DNA of 64,000 nt. Origin: Eledone cirrhosa. Lineage: Eukaryota. The DNA is taken from positions 39,122,001 to 39,186,000 of the forward strand of contig OZ024749.1 of NCBI GenBank assembly GCA_964016885.1. The letters are read 5' to 3'. Shown here piece by piece: positions 41,335 through 54,572 of the stretch (the stretch's first letter is position 1; each line of letters begins with the position of its first letter). The notes below the pieces were generated by a model, which was given only the letters and a program-made list of their open reading frames with translations, was not told the origin of the DNA and ran no database searches. The translations under genes were made by a program, and so were the position numbers.

Positions 41335-41638
41335 TTTTGCAGTGTTGTGCAGCACGCTGACTTTTGCAGTGTTGTGCAGCACACTAACTTTTGCAGTGTT
41401 GTGCAGCACACTAACTTTTGCAGTGTTGTGCAGCACACTGAATTTTGCAGTGTTGTGCAGCACGCTAACTTTTGCAGTGTTGTGCAGCACACTGACTTTT
41501 GCAGTGTTGTGCAGCACGCTAACTTTTGCAGTGTTGTGCAGCACGCTAACTTTTGCAGTGTTGTGCAGCACGCTAACTTTTGCAGTGTTGTGCAGCACAC
41601 TGAATTTTGGAGTGTTGTGCAGCATGCTGACTTTTGCA
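41335..41638. repeat. 27-bp minisatellite, about 11 copies
   Basis: TTTTGCAGTGTTGTGCAGCACRCTRAC. Confidence 0.95.
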
Positions 41639-42049
41639 CGCTATTCTTACACATAGCTTCGCACAAGTTCCCCCCCCCCTTTCTTTTTGTAATTTACTAA
41701 CGGGTCTCGAATAATCGTTACCCCCGACACGCTTATTAATTTTCTGATTTTTTTTCTTTCCAAACCCCCGCTCTTGTTATTCCAACTTCCCGCTTATTAA
41801 ATTTTGCTAATCTGTCTCCAGCGACAATTAATTTTCTTTATACAATAAAAAAACATTATACATGACAATAAAAGTACATTATTAGAAATAAAGTACCAGT
41901 ATTGCACTGGGTAATTGCTGGCCTTGTGCCTAAAGTAGAAACAATTATTAGAAATCCTGCAGGTTATAAAATAAATAGTAGGGTTGGAGTCTCAATATGT
42001 AAACTAAGCGACTAATTCTGTTTTTTTTGTTTTTTTTAATTTAATGGAG

Positions 42050-42285
42050 AATTAACAATTAAGTGGTTGAGCATTCCACAGACACGTGTGCTCTTAACGG
42101 AATTCTCAGGGAGGTCCAGTGTGACACAGTATGTGACGAGGTTGGCTCTATGAATTGCTAGTACAACTAATGTAACATAAAGTATCTTGCTCATCGACAC
42201 AACACATCACAGCACCGACTATCGATCGAACGCACTGCATTTCGGTGATGAACCGAACACCCTAACCACTAAACTACTCACCTTG
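42050..42285 (+). mobile_element. Second, older SINE-like family fragment
   Basis: AAGTGGTTGAGCATTCCACAGACACGTGT...GTGACACAGTATGTGAC; related to 50735-50830 and 14020-14060. Confidence 0.6.
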
Positions 42286-42514
42286 TCACTTCTAACCAAA
42301 TTTACTTTCGTGTTAATAGTTTATAATTAAATATCAAAGTAATAGAAAAACCACTGGTGAGCTGTGAACTCTGTAATATTTTGTAGAAACGGATCTGCAA
42401 TTTCCTGAGAGTGATTGTCAAGAGGTTAGAATATAAATATTTATATTATATTTCTACACCACATGTTTGTGTTGTGTTGTGAGAGAGATATATGTATGTG
42501 GAGAAATAATATCA

Positions 42515-43044
42515 ACAATAGTGATGGTGATGATGATGATGGTGATGGTGGTGGTGATGATGATGATGATGGTGATGATGGTGGTGATGATGATGATGAT
42601 GATGATGGTGATGGTGATGATGGTGATAATCGTGATGATGATGATGATGATGGTGATGATGGCGGTGATGATGATGATGATGATGATGGTGATGGTGATG
42701 GTGATGATGGTGATGATCGTGATGGTGATGATGATGGTGATGGTGATGATGGGGATGATCATGATGATGATGATGGTGATGGTGATGGTGATGGTGATGA
42801 TGATGATGATGATGACAACAACAACAACTTCAATAATAAAAAATAATAGTGATGGTGATGATGATGATGATGACGACAACAACAGCAACTTCAATAATAA
42901 TAATAAATAATAGTGATGGTGATGATGATGATGGTGATGGTGATGATGATGATGGTGATGATGATGATGGTGATGGTGATGATGATGATGATGATGATGA
43001 CGACGACGACAACAACAACAGCAACTTCAATAATAATAACAATA
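42515..43044. repeat. Compound (GAT/GGT)n-(AAC)n-(AAT)n microsatellite
   Basis: Seen directly; the junction ACAACAACTTCAATAATAA..TAGTGATGG is repeated. Confidence 0.95.
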
Positions 43045-43544
43045 ATTGTTTCTACTTTTGGCACAAGGCCAGCAAATTACCCCAGTGTATTACTGGTACT
43101 TTATTTTATCGACCCCCGTAAAGGATGAAAGGCAAAGTTAACCTCGGCGGGATTTGAACTCAGAATGGCAAGGGCCGTAACTCTACGCGTCAAAGCATGG
43201 CGTCCGACCCTCTACCGATACTGCCAATCCACCGCCTTAATAATGATAACAATAATAGTGATGATGATGATGATGATGACGACAACAACAACAACAACGA
43301 CAACGACGTCAACAATAATGGTTTCTTATATAGGCACAAGGCCAGCAATTTTTTTTTGGGGGGGGGAGGAGGGGAAAGTCGATTAAATCGACCCCAGTGC
43401 GTGACTGGTACTTCATTTTATCGACCCCCCGTAAAGGATGAAAGGCAAAGTTAACCTCGGCGGGATTTGAACTCAGACCGTAAAGGGCCGCAATTCTACG
43501 CTGCAAAGTATGGCGTCCGACCCTCTACCTATACTGCCAATCCA
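43045..43544 (-). mobile_element. Two SINEs (43045-43236, 43319-43544)
   Basis: Reverse complement of the consensus. Confidence 0.9.
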
Positions 43545-43902
43545 CAATAATAGTGATGATAATGATGACGACGACGATAACAACACCAACAACACCAACA
43601 ACACCAACAACAGCAACAACATTGACAACAACAACAGCAACATCATGTTCATGGTAATGAATCAAATTTGCATAAATCAGTTTGTAATTAATAGTAATTA
43701 ATATCCGGTTGAATTAGCCAAAGGTGACACAGAAAGTTTCAATCAATACTATCACCATCATCAGTCCTTCAATGTACTTCATGAAAGGTGAAGGACATTA
43801 AAACTGAACGTGAACGACTAATTAAATCTGATTGTATCGATATATTAAAATGTATAGGGAGACTATTAAACGAACCCTACCTCTTTATTTGCAAATGGTT
43901 GG

Positions 43903-44329
43903 CTTCTTCTTTTTCTTCTTCTTCTTCTTTTTTTTATTTCTTTTTTTTTCTTCTTCTTCTTTTTCTTTTTCTTCTTCTTTTTCTTTTTCTTTTTCTTCTT
44001 CTTTTTCTTTTCTTTTTCTTTTTCTTTTCTTTTTCTTTTTCTTTTTCTTTTTCTTTTCTTTTTCTTTTTCTTCTTTTTCTTCTTTTTCTTTTTCTTTTTC
44101 TTTTTCTTCTTCTTTTTCTTCTTTTTCTTTTTCTTCTTTTTCTTTTTCTTCTTTTTCTTTTTCTTCTTTTTCTTTTCTTTTTCTTTTTCTTTTTCTTTTT
44201 CCTTTCTTTTTCTTTTTCTTCTTTTTCTTCTTTTTCTTTTTCTTTTTCTTTTTCTTCTTCTTTTTCTTCTTTTTCTTCTTCTTTTTCTTCTTCTTCTTCT
44301 TCTTCTTCTTCTTCTTCTTCTTCTTCTTC
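43903..44329. repeat. Polypyrimidine (TTC/TTTTTC)n tract
   Basis: About 430 bp, almost purely C/T. Confidence 0.95.
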
Positions 44330-44949
44330 ATACGAGGCTGTATCTCACGGGAGGGAGGATTTTGGGGGGTGTTTTAATGAGATGGGGGCCCCAGTCTTAT
44401 CATGAAAAGTATCGTTAAATGAAGTATCAGGAACACAATGCGGCGCCCGGGCCAGGAATCGAACCTATGAGCTTATGATCGTAAGCCCCACAGCTTAACT
44501 ACCAAGCCTCGTGCCTTCACTTAATCCAGAAGGACTGGAATAAACTCCACTTCTTCATTTATTAAGGAATGGATATATATGTATGAGATATATATTATAA
44601 GTTGATATGTGTTTGTAACTAATTTTTTACATTTAATTATATATGATTTAGAAGTAGTTGTATAAAGTTTAGAAAGATCTAAGTCCTTTAAATTTCCACG
44701 GTAAAGTATATTTCTTTGAACAGATTTATTATATCTAGTTATAAATTTTTATAAATTAGATTAATGGAATTTTTCCTCCCATCACAGATAATCGTTAATT
44801 TTATAGTTAACTTAATCCTTCTTATAATTAATCATCATATTTGTATTGTATCATTATTAGATTTATGCTTCATGTTAGACCTTGTGGCCAATAAAGAAAC
44901 CATTATTAGATTTATGCTTATGCATTATTAGATTTATGCATTATTAGAT

Positions 44950-45128
44950 GGTGGTGGATTGGCAGTATCGGTAGAGGGTCAGACGCCATGCTTTCTAGGA
45001 TAGTTATGTCCCTTTATGATCTGAGTTCAAATCCCGCCGAGGTTAACTTTGCCTTTCATCCTTATGGGGTCGATAAAATAAAGTACCAGTAATGTACTGG
45101 GTAATTGCTGGCCTTGTGCCAAAAAGTA
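44950..45128 (+). mobile_element. SINE
   Basis: Full consensus. Confidence 0.9.
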
Positions 45129-45131
45129 ATT

Positions 45132-45330
45132 ATGAGCATATTGGTTAAAGATTTTCGTATTGGCTGATAAACTGGAGATTCTTATTGATACATTATTAAC
45201 AATAGATTTGATAATGGATTTAGAGTGGTTAGAAAGTTTATGTACATCACATAGATTTATATCAATAGTTATACGTAAACTATAGTTTTTAAAGTGTTTG
45301 TAGATGTTTCTTAATTCTTTCAAGTTCACA
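45132..45330 (-). mobile_element. Penelope-like RT C-terminal fragment
   Basis: FKNYSLRITIDIN...VHKLSNHSKSIIKSIVNNVSIRISSLSANTKIF resembles the PLE motifs LxITIxxN and SNHPxxIIKxI...RISxLSxxxxIF. Confidence 0.65.
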
Positions 45331-45466
45331 ATTACAATAGTTCTTAAGAATGAAAAGAGCTTTATCTCGAAAATAAACCAACGAGGTCAGTGACCTAGGC
45401 AGACGATTTAATTAAAAACAACCACCAAGTATTTAAATGTTTTATTTATTCTTATAAATATAAATA

Positions 45467-45660
45467 GGGCGGTGGATTGTTAGTATCGGTAGAGGGTCGG
45501 ACACTATGCTTTACAGCATCGAGTTACGGCCCTTTATGATCTAAGTTCAAATCCCGCCGAGGTTAACTTTGCCTTTTTCATCCTTACGGGGTCGATAAAA
45601 TAAAGTACCAGTAATACACTGGGATAACTGCTGGCCTTGTGCCAAAAGTAGAAACAATTA
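45467..45660 (+). mobile_element. SINE
   Basis: Full consensus. Confidence 0.9.
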
Positions 45661-45901
45661 ATAATTTAGTGTTAAAAAATGTATATATTACCACGAAAAA
45701 AGCCATTAAAAAATCGGAGAAGATATTTACGATTCCGCGAATATGCGGTGGTTTCCACGAACAATTATTAGTTAAATTGTAAGCAAAATTCCGCGAATAA
45801 CCGGAACCGTGAATGCTAGGGGTGCACTGTACACCACAGCAAAATAACTCGAATAAGTTTAAGAAATGACTATCTACTAATATGGAATATTTTACTCATT
45901 T

Positions 45902-45984
45902 ATAATTTGAAGAAAACAATTGATAATTTGAAGAAAACAATTGATAATTTGAAGAAAACAATTGATAATTTGAAGAAAACAATA
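45902..45984. repeat. 21-bp tandem repeat x4
   Basis: ATAATTTGAAGAAAACAATTG. Confidence 0.9.
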
Positions 45985-46395
45985 TTTTTCATACAGTTAA
46001 AGAATCGCCCCCCACTTCGTGTCGCTCTGGTGGTTTATTTATTGACATAGAAGGGACGGAAGGCAAAAAGTTCTCCTCGGATAGATTTGAACTCACGACG
46101 TAGAATGCCGGAGAAAATATCGTAAAATGTTCTACTCAGTATCTGAACGATTCTGTTAATTCGCTGCGTTTGTCAAAAGAATATACACAGGAAGAATACT
46201 GGTGATTATGTGTGGATACAATTTCTTGGAGGTTTATACAAATACTCCGTTAGAAGACTAAAATAAAATCTCGGAAAGTACTAAATATAAGATTCCTCTT
46301 CTTATTCGCTAGTTTCAGAATAATGCGCTTTATTTTATATCTTACTACAATATGGAATTAAGATTTATATACGTTTAAATCACGTTTATTTGTGA

Positions 46396-46468
<73 letters not shown>

Positions 46469-46596
46469 CATATGTGTGTGTATATATATATACATACACA
46501 CACACATATATATATACACATATATAGAGAGATATACATATATATATACATATACATATATATATATATATATATATATTCACATATATATATATA

Positions 46597-46719
<123 letters not shown>

Positions 46720-46960
46720 AATTTCTTATTTTTAAGAAATATCAAGAAAAAAGTTGAAAATGCACTTTGAGTTTTAAAGAAGATTTATTTTCTGTAACTT
46801 TACCGGTTTCACAATTTCATGATTTTTAAGCTATTTCGTATCTGTCTTCCTATGATGTTCGATAATTCTCTTATTTTATGAACGGAATATGGCCCAAATT
46901 ACTATCTGTTTAGGATATAATAGATAGTTGGAGATGGAGGACATACATACATATATACAT

Positions 46961-47001
<41 letters not shown>

Positions 47002-47005
<4 letters not shown>

Positions 47006-47095
47006 AACGAGTAGGACCCCAACGGCTGAGCTCAAGCCGTTTCGACGGCTAATTCTGGACTAAAAGCACCTAGTTCCTTACCACATTTCCTTCGT

Positions 47096-47098
<3 letters not shown>
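47002..47098 (+). mobile_element. Family A insert with internal deletion
   Basis: The left arm is joined almost directly to the tail end CACCTAGTTCCTTACCACATTTCCTTCGTT. Confidence 0.7.
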
Positions 47099-47127
<29 letters not shown>

Positions 47128-47139
47128 CATACATACATA

Positions 47140-47612
47140 CTGGTGGAACCTGAAAATAAAAACTGCCACCAAATTAAAGCACAACCGGCCTGATATTGTT
47201 GTTTGGGACCACACATTGAAAACGTGTTCTGTTGTGGAGATCAGCTGCCCACTTGATGTAAACGTTGTCAGAAAAATACAGGAGAAGGAGGACATCTACG
47301 GACCATTGATGAGGATTTTACAAATCCAGTATCCAAGATACACCTTTAGCTTCATACCCATCATTATTGGAGCTACGGGTTATATACCAACCTGCTGGGA
47401 CCAAAGTATGACTGAACTTGGATTTGCGGACAAAGAGCGCAGCTCCCTAATTCATAGTCTACAAATGGCTGCGATAGCTGGCACCTTCAAAATTTGCAAA
47501 ACATTCTTGCTATTCAAGGGATGACAATTTCTTTTCTTTTACAACCTTGACACCAGGAAGGTGGCCGGTCAAAAAAATATACTCGAAATTAAGAGAAAGA
47601 GATAACATACAT
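47140..47612 (+). mobile_element. 3' end of an RLE-type non-LTR element within (TACA)n
   Basis: WWNLKIKTATKLKHNRPDIVVWD...VVEISCP...EKEDIY...PIIIGATG in an open frame to 47524; ACAT repeats on both sides. Confidence 0.8.
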
Positions 47613-47615
47613 ACA

Positions 47616-47653
<38 letters not shown>

Positions 47654-47830
47654 TATATGAAAGACGTAAAATAAGAAAATTTTAAAAATTAAAAATTAAC
47701 TTACTTACTGTGAACATTTTAGTAAGTAAGTTAATTTTTAATTTTTAAAATTTTCTTATTTTACGTCTTTCATATAATTGTTCTGCATCCCCCTGCATAG
47801 AACCACCTAGGTACTTTGACATAACTTATA
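47654..47830 (+). mobile_element. Palindromic insert with tail
   Basis: Inverted repeat 47654-47776, then TTGTTCT...ATAGAACC. Confidence 0.65.
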
Positions 47831-47883
47831 TATTTGCTAGCATTAGTGTGCATCTGTACGCATATGTTGGTAGATGTACTAAT

Positions 47884-47925
<42 letters not shown>

Positions 47926-48383
47926 TACATATATATATGTACCCACCTGTTTATGGTGGGGCCGATAACACTGGCAAAACGAACATAAGACAGGAGAACG
48001 GTATAATAAAGTGATGATGTATTTAGTTTAATAATTGATATAGATGAAAAAGTATCTTATAGCTTGGAATATAAAACATATATGATACGTTTTGTTTAGC
48101 AGCAGAGGTGATGAGAGTTTTACAGTTTGACATCATTGGCATTATTGTTTCAGAAATGTTTTTTTCAGTGGTCTTGTGGGTTTTTTTATAATGTTCCTGC
48201 TTTGACGGTACATATTTGCTATATTTCAAAATGTCAACAGCAAGTTATATTTGAAGTATATGTTTTTTTCATTAGACAGTATATACAAACGTACACAGCC
48301 AAATATACATACGCAAAAACTCTCACATATACGCGCACACACATATGTGTGTATATATCAATGTATGTATGTATATATGTATG

Positions 48384-48438
<55 letters not shown>

Positions 48439-48444
48439 AATAAT

Positions 48445-48984
48445 AATAATAATAATAAAGTATGTTTTCCTACATGCAAAAAATGCATATAGGGACACAT
48501 GTATTATCCAACCGTATGCCAATGTGGTTCTATGGCAGGTTAATAAATTAACGACCAGAACATATATAATCAAGGTTTAGCAAATAGAGAAAAAGTTTTA
48601 AAATAAATTTTAAAAAGTTTACTGTACCTACTATACCCTTACCGCGCGGTTTCAAGCCTCAAAATAAATGGATAATCCATGCGGAAAATCCATTGAGAAG
48701 AAGACTTTCGTCAGAGGGTTCTTTTCACTCGGAGAATATAAAATTCCCGAGTTCAAATCACGAACTGGCGCCATACAGAACTGTTCCCGGATGAGAGTGT
48801 ATGATGAAGAAACAATTTTGTCTAGTGCCGTGTGTAAAGATAGAAGGCAAGGGCGGAAAGGTCAATGTACTGCCACTAGAAATAGCAGCAGTTAAAACGA
48901 CCAAAATGTTATCTCGACCAGGGGAGATTAATAATAATAAAGTATTTTTTCTACATGCAAAAAATGCATATTTGCTAAACCTTG

Positions 48985-48990
<6 letters not shown>
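48445..48990 (-). mobile_element. PLE-type insert with hammerhead, short inverted arm and duplicated terminus
   Basis: 48562-48583 is inverted at 48970-48991. The block AATAAAGTAT..TTCTACATGCAAAAAATGCATAT occurs at 48454 and 48935. Confidence 0.65.
48635..48719 (-). ncRNA. Type I hammerhead ribozyme
   Basis: Minus strand ACCCT-CTGACGA-AAGTC...GGCTT-GAAAC-CGCGCG-GTA-AGGGT. All three stems close, and stem III is palindromic. Confidence 0.85.
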
Positions 48991-49045
<55 letters not shown>

Positions 49046-49179
49046 GTGTGTGTTTGTACTTGTATATATAGTTGTATGAACATGGACATATGCATTTATG
49101 AATGATTCCGCATATACTTGCCTGTGTGTAAACATATGTATGTGTACGTGTTGTGCGTGTGTTATACACACACACACAT

Positions 49180-49761
49180 ATTGTCAAGAAGGCCGAGGGT
49201 GTCTTGGCATCACTCAGCAAGACCTTTGTTAGCCGCTCTCCAGCCATCTATTTAAAGCTGTATACAGTTATGGTACGACCACACTTGGAATTCGCATCAT
49301 CAGTCTGGAACCCCTATCTTCCCTTTGGCATGGATTCATTGAAGCTCCGACGTCTGGCAATGGGCTTGGTAAACACCCACAAAGTTATTAACCATCTCTC
49401 CAACAACAACCCTGAGCACCTTTTTGATCTCCATGTGTCTAACACAAGTGGACATGCCTACAAAATCAGAAAACAGCACAGCTCCCATGACTTTCGGAAA
49501 CATTTTTTCACGCTTCAGCGAAGCATGGAACAAACTGCCTGCGTCAGTTGTTAGCTGCCGAAACAGTGCATCCTTTAAAACCCTCATGCCTCCCGAAATT
49601 CGCCAAAACTACACCTGATGTACCCCTTCCATACACATGCACACATGTGTATATCATGACTCATGCACTGTTCATTTTCCTGACGTTTGTACATTACCCT
49701 ATGTACTATACATACACTCTTTGATGAGTTGTAGTACACCTGAGCACTGTACACAATATTT

Positions 49762-49765
<4 letters not shown>
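49180..49765 (+). mobile_element. CR1-clade LINE 3' fragment
   Basis: LYTVMVRPHLEFASSVWNPY, LKLRRL, GHAYKI and RKHFF motifs; (ATT)n tail. Confidence 0.85.
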
Positions 49766-49793
<28 letters not shown>

Positions 49794-49997
49794 TACATGT
49801 GTGTGTGTGTGTGGGGGGGGGGGGGGTGCGTGCGAGTGTATATATATATATAAACAAATTGGTCGTTTTGGAAGCCTCAACAATGCAGATGGGTAACAGA
49901 ATCCGGGTAACAGAATCCGGCGGTGAAGAGAGAGATGTAAGGGAATGTAGAATGAGATGTATAGTGTGTAGAGGAACGTAGGAAAGAGGGTAAAAAT

Positions 49998-50180
49998 AAT
50001 TGTTTCTACTGTTGGCACAAGGTCAGCAATTACCCAGTACATTACTGGTACTTTATTTTATCGACCCCGTAAGGATGAAAGGCAAAGTTAACCTTGGCGG
50101 GATTTGAACTCAGACCGTAAAGGGACATAACTATGCTGGAAAGCATGGCGTCCGACTCTCTACTGATACTGCCAATCCAC
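49998..50180 (-). mobile_element. SINE
   Basis: Reverse complement of the consensus. Confidence 0.9.
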
Positions 50181-50267
50181 TAAAAATAATGTTTTCTTTA
50201 TTTCTTTATTTATTTATTTTTTTTATTTATTATTTATACTAAAAATAATGACACGAGATAGAGTTAC

Positions 50268-50352
<85 letters not shown>

Positions 50353-50354
50353 TG

Positions 50355-50467
<113 letters not shown>

Positions 50468-50772
50468 TATATAAAAACATTATATAAACATATATCCTTC
50501 GTTTTCACGTCTCTTCTATAATTGTCATATTTACACCTATCTATTTATAGTCTATTAACTAAACACTGTGTTAGACATATCCAACGCCTCTGGCAGACTG
50601 GGAATAAGCACAATAGTTTTTTTTAGATATTTAGCTCAATACACCAGAGAAATGGATCTCCGTCTGCTTTGACGATGAGTCTTTCAGTTGTTTCGTTCAA
50701 TCAACGGAACGCGTTGGTTGTGAAATTAACATATAAGTGGCTGAGTATTCCAGTGATATGTGTAAATTTAAT

Positions 50773-51400
50773 ATAATTCTTAGAGGTTTACTGTAACACA
50801 ATATGACAAGACTGATCCTTCGAGATACAGGTAGAGTCCATTTTGTAAACATAATTCTTAGGGGGATTCACTGTGACACAGTATGACAAGGCTGACCCTT
50901 TGAGATACAGGTAGAGTCCATTTTGTAAACATAATTCTTAGGGGGATTCACTGTGACACAGTATGACAAGGCTGACCCTTTGAGATACAGGCAGAGTCTA
51001 TTTTGTAAACATAATTCTTAGGGGGATTCACTGTGACACAGTATGACAAGGCTGACCCTTTGAGATACAGGTAGAGTCCATTTTGTAAACATAATTCTTA
51101 GGGGGATTCACTGTGACACAGTATGACAAGGCTGACCCTTTGAGATACAGGCAAAGTCCATTTTGTAAACATAATTCTTAGGGGGATTCACTGTGACACA
51201 GTATGACAAGGCTGACCCTTTGAGATACAGGCAGAGTCTATTTTGTAAACATAATTCTTAGGGGGATTCACTGACACAGTATGACAAGGCTGACTCTTTG
51301 AGATACAGGCAGAGTCTATTTTGTAAACGTAACATAATTTTTAGGGGGATTCACTGTGACACAGTATGACAAGGCTAACCCTTTCAGTTACAGGCAGAGT
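50773..51400. repeat. 80-bp tandem array (about 8 copies) expanded inside a SINE-like element
   Basis: Units start at 50851, 50931, 51011, 51091, 51171 and 51251. The unit is homologous to single-copy 42098-42170. Confidence 0.9.
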
Positions 51401-51791
51401 TTATCTTGTGTTATAGCATTTCACAGACTCTTGTACCTTTAACGTAATTCTTGGGAAGATTCAACATGACCTTGTACAGTCCATCCGGCGGTCTTCCAAA
51501 AATGTTGATCATTATAATATTATTTCATAACTATAAATGATACCTAAGTAAGTATAGCTAAAATGTGACATTCCTTTCTTATCTTTCAGCAAAATGACCA
51601 TCTAATACCTCACCAGCTGGACTCCCACCCATTCTAGTGATCTAATTCTAACCCCCACCCCGAACATGACATATCATTTACATAGTAACTGACCAAACTA
51701 CATTGAAAGCTAAGCTAAGTACCAGTACTCCCGAGAAAACTTGAGAAAACAAGTTGAAACCGCAGAGCTCGCGACCGAGATTCTACATCGT

Positions 51792-51842
<51 letters not shown>

Positions 51843-51846
<4 letters not shown>

Positions 51847-52043
51847 AAAAGAGTCAGGACCCCGACAGCTGAGCTCCGGCCGTTTCGACAGCTAGATCCG
51901 AATGTTCGGATTTAGCTGTCGAAACGGCCGGAGCTCAGCCGTCGGGGTCCTGACTCTTTTCCTATTACCCACTCTACTACCCTAAGAATCGAGTACTCTG
52001 GTGCGTTATGGTCTACCTAGTTCCTTTCCACACTTTCTTTGTT
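51843..52043 (+). mobile_element. Family A palindromic insert
   Basis: Palindrome 51843-51964 with GAAAC-GGCCGGAGCTCAGCC-GTC in the right arm; tail; (TA)n flanks. Confidence 0.8.
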
Positions 52044-52157
52044 ATATATATATATATATTTAATATAGAAAAGGCTTCTACAGGACTAGAACTGTTTCAT
52101 TCGGGATCAGAGTTTTGTAGCTTACTTGAAGCATTGTTGAATAGGGAACACAAATTT

Positions 52158-52443
52158 AGATAATTTTGAAAACCATACTATGCATTAGAAAGAAAATTAA
52201 ATCGCCAAGATAACAAAAGAATCTTACCTTAGCAAATTTAATTATCCCAAATATTTAACTTAAATCTTGCTCTCCAAACAAGCAAGTCAACTCCGATCGA
52301 TTTTTAAAGTCTGTCATGGATAACGGGTTTTTAAACCCGAAAATATTTGGGATTGTTAAATTTGGTAAGGTAAGATTCTTTTGTTATCTTGGCAATATAA
52401 TTTTCTTTCTTATGTTTGGTTTTCAAAATTATTTAAACTTGTG
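52158..52443. repeat. Aged inverted repeat with ~110-bp arms
   Basis: GCCAAGATAACAAAAGAATCTTACCTTA / TAAGGTAAGATTCTTTTGTTATCTTGGC, with flanking matches. Confidence 0.8.
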
Positions 52444-53027
52444 TATATAAACATATACATAAATCAGGATGGATTCTGTTTCAAACTGGTCAGACCATTA
52501 CTCAACAGAGTACTCGATGCAGTCCTAGAGTTGTTTTATACTTTTAAAAAACGAACTTGTTAATGTGGTTTCAAAATTTAATATAGAAAAATAAGTCTAT
52601 CGCAATCAAATCCATGAAGCGACATGAAATCTTTTTATTAATCATTAGTGGCGAATAAAAAAAATCATTATTATTAATTTTTTTTTTTTTTTTTACCCAT
52701 CACATTCTAATTATATTACCAGTACAATTACTAAACTCACGATAGTTACAAAATATCTTTTTGTTCTTCTATGAAAATTGAGATTTATGCCTAAGTAAAT
52801 TAAATTTATAAAAATAAAAAATCAATATTTTTTATTTCCTTTCACTACAATTCTTCGGCTTTATACCTAAGTAAATGAAGCAACCACTTCAACATAAAGT
52901 GTGAAAATAATAGACGCATTAGAAAATAATGGAAGGATTAATTGAAGTAGATTAATAATTAAAAAATTGAGGAAAGAATTCGAATAGCCATTAACATCAT
53001 CGACTAAAGATAATGTATATACATGCT

Positions 53028-53071
<44 letters not shown>

Positions 53072-53077
<6 letters not shown>

Positions 53078-53423
53078 ATAATAATAAATTTGTAGACTAA
53101 AATCCAAAGAGGGCTCGATAAGGATAAATATATATCAAATATATAAGAACCGTAGAGCAAATATTTATTAAAATAACAGATTAAAGTTTAAGCAAAGAAT
53201 CGCTGCTTTCACCCTTAACGGGATCTTCTGAAACTAACAAAGTCAATCTGTAAACGCAGAAGTGGATATTTTAAAAAACGTTGGAACCGGAGGAAGACAG
53301 GAAGACGATACTTTGGTTCCACGAACCAAAGTATCGTTATACAGATTGACTTTGTTAGTTTCAGAAGATCCCGTTAAGAGTGAAAGCAGCGATTCTTTGC
53401 TTAAACTTTAATCTGTTATTTTA

Positions 53424-53430
<7 letters not shown>
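53072..53430 (-). mobile_element. Family B palindromic insert
   Basis: Arms about 53161-53252/53340-53430, central hairpin CGATACTTTGGTTC/GAACCAAAGTATCG, tail 53072-53160. Confidence 0.75.
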
Positions 53431-53473
<43 letters not shown>

Positions 53474-53481
<8 letters not shown>

Positions 53482-53826
53482 GTGAGGTTTTTTTTACAAA
53501 ATGAAAAATAACCGAGGTGTCCTACACGAGTGAAAGTATAAAGAAAAAAAGATGAAATCGAAAATGCAACTGGAGTCTTATTTTTTTTTTAAATATATAT
53601 ATTTATTTGGTTCCTTTACCGGTTTCGCAGTTCTTCTGCTTTTCAAAAGTAGAGTTGAGATGGAGGGTCTGTGGTTTTTCTCACGTGAGAAAAACCACAG
53701 ACCCTCCATCTCAATTCTACTTTTGAAAAGCAGAAGAACTGCGAAACCGGTAAAGGAACCAAATAAATATATATATTTAAAAAAAAAATAAGACTCCAGT
53801 TGCATTTTCGATTTCATCTTTTTTTC
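53474..53826 (-). mobile_element. Spacerless palindromic insert (~140-bp arms) with hammerhead 3' half
   Basis: Centre TTTTTCTCACGTGAGAAAAA; GAAAC-CG-GTA in the arms; tail 53474-53543. A related relic lies near 46740-46815. Confidence 0.75.
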
Positions 53827-53860
<34 letters not shown>

Positions 53861-54075
53861 CATATATATGCGCGTGTGAGAGAGAGAAAGATAGAGATAG
53901 AGAGAGGGGGCAGTGCATTATGTCTGATGTTGACGGACATGAGAATGAGTACTCAATGCCGAAGCAAGAGATTAACGCCCTTTACCATGGCTAAGTGGTG
54001 ACACTTTTTATTCTAAAGTTTCATCTGTGTAATCACAGATACATACTATCACACCCACACATAGACACACACACT

Positions 54076-54188
<113 letters not shown>

Positions 54189-54215
54189 ATATATACACAC
54201 ACACATATATATATA

Positions 54216-54371
54216 TGATTTCTAAAGAATGAAACAGTTCTAGTACTGTAGAATCTCATCTATATTAAAACTTGTATACTCTGCAATGTATTGAGTACCT
54301 TACTTACTGTGGTTACCTCTGATTCAACCCGGAATAACGTATATATATATATATATATATATAAATGTTGA

Positions 54372-54428
<57 letters not shown>

Positions 54429-54572
54429 TATATACGTTATTCCGGGTTGAATCGGAGGTAACCACAGTAAGTAAGGTACTCAATACATTGCAGAGTATAA
54501 AAGTTTTAATATGAAGTTTTAAAATGAATGAAACAGTTCTAGTCCTGTAGAATCTCATCTATATTAAAACTA
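54216..54572. mobile_element. Cluster of three family C pieces (+ 54216-54340, - 54435-54512, + 54525-54571)
   Basis: Near-identical to 21676-21800. The first two pieces are tail-to-tail across (TA)n. Confidence 0.8.

Noticed and set aside
41194-41700. 168-aa ORF with 9-aa repeats
   Set aside because: A 27-bp minisatellite open in several frames on both strands; no recognisable domain.
42454-44405. Asp/Gly-rich, Met-rich and Lys/Glu-rich ORFs
   Set aside because: Translations of (GAT/GGT)n and (TTC)n tracts, open in many frames, with no splice or domain evidence.
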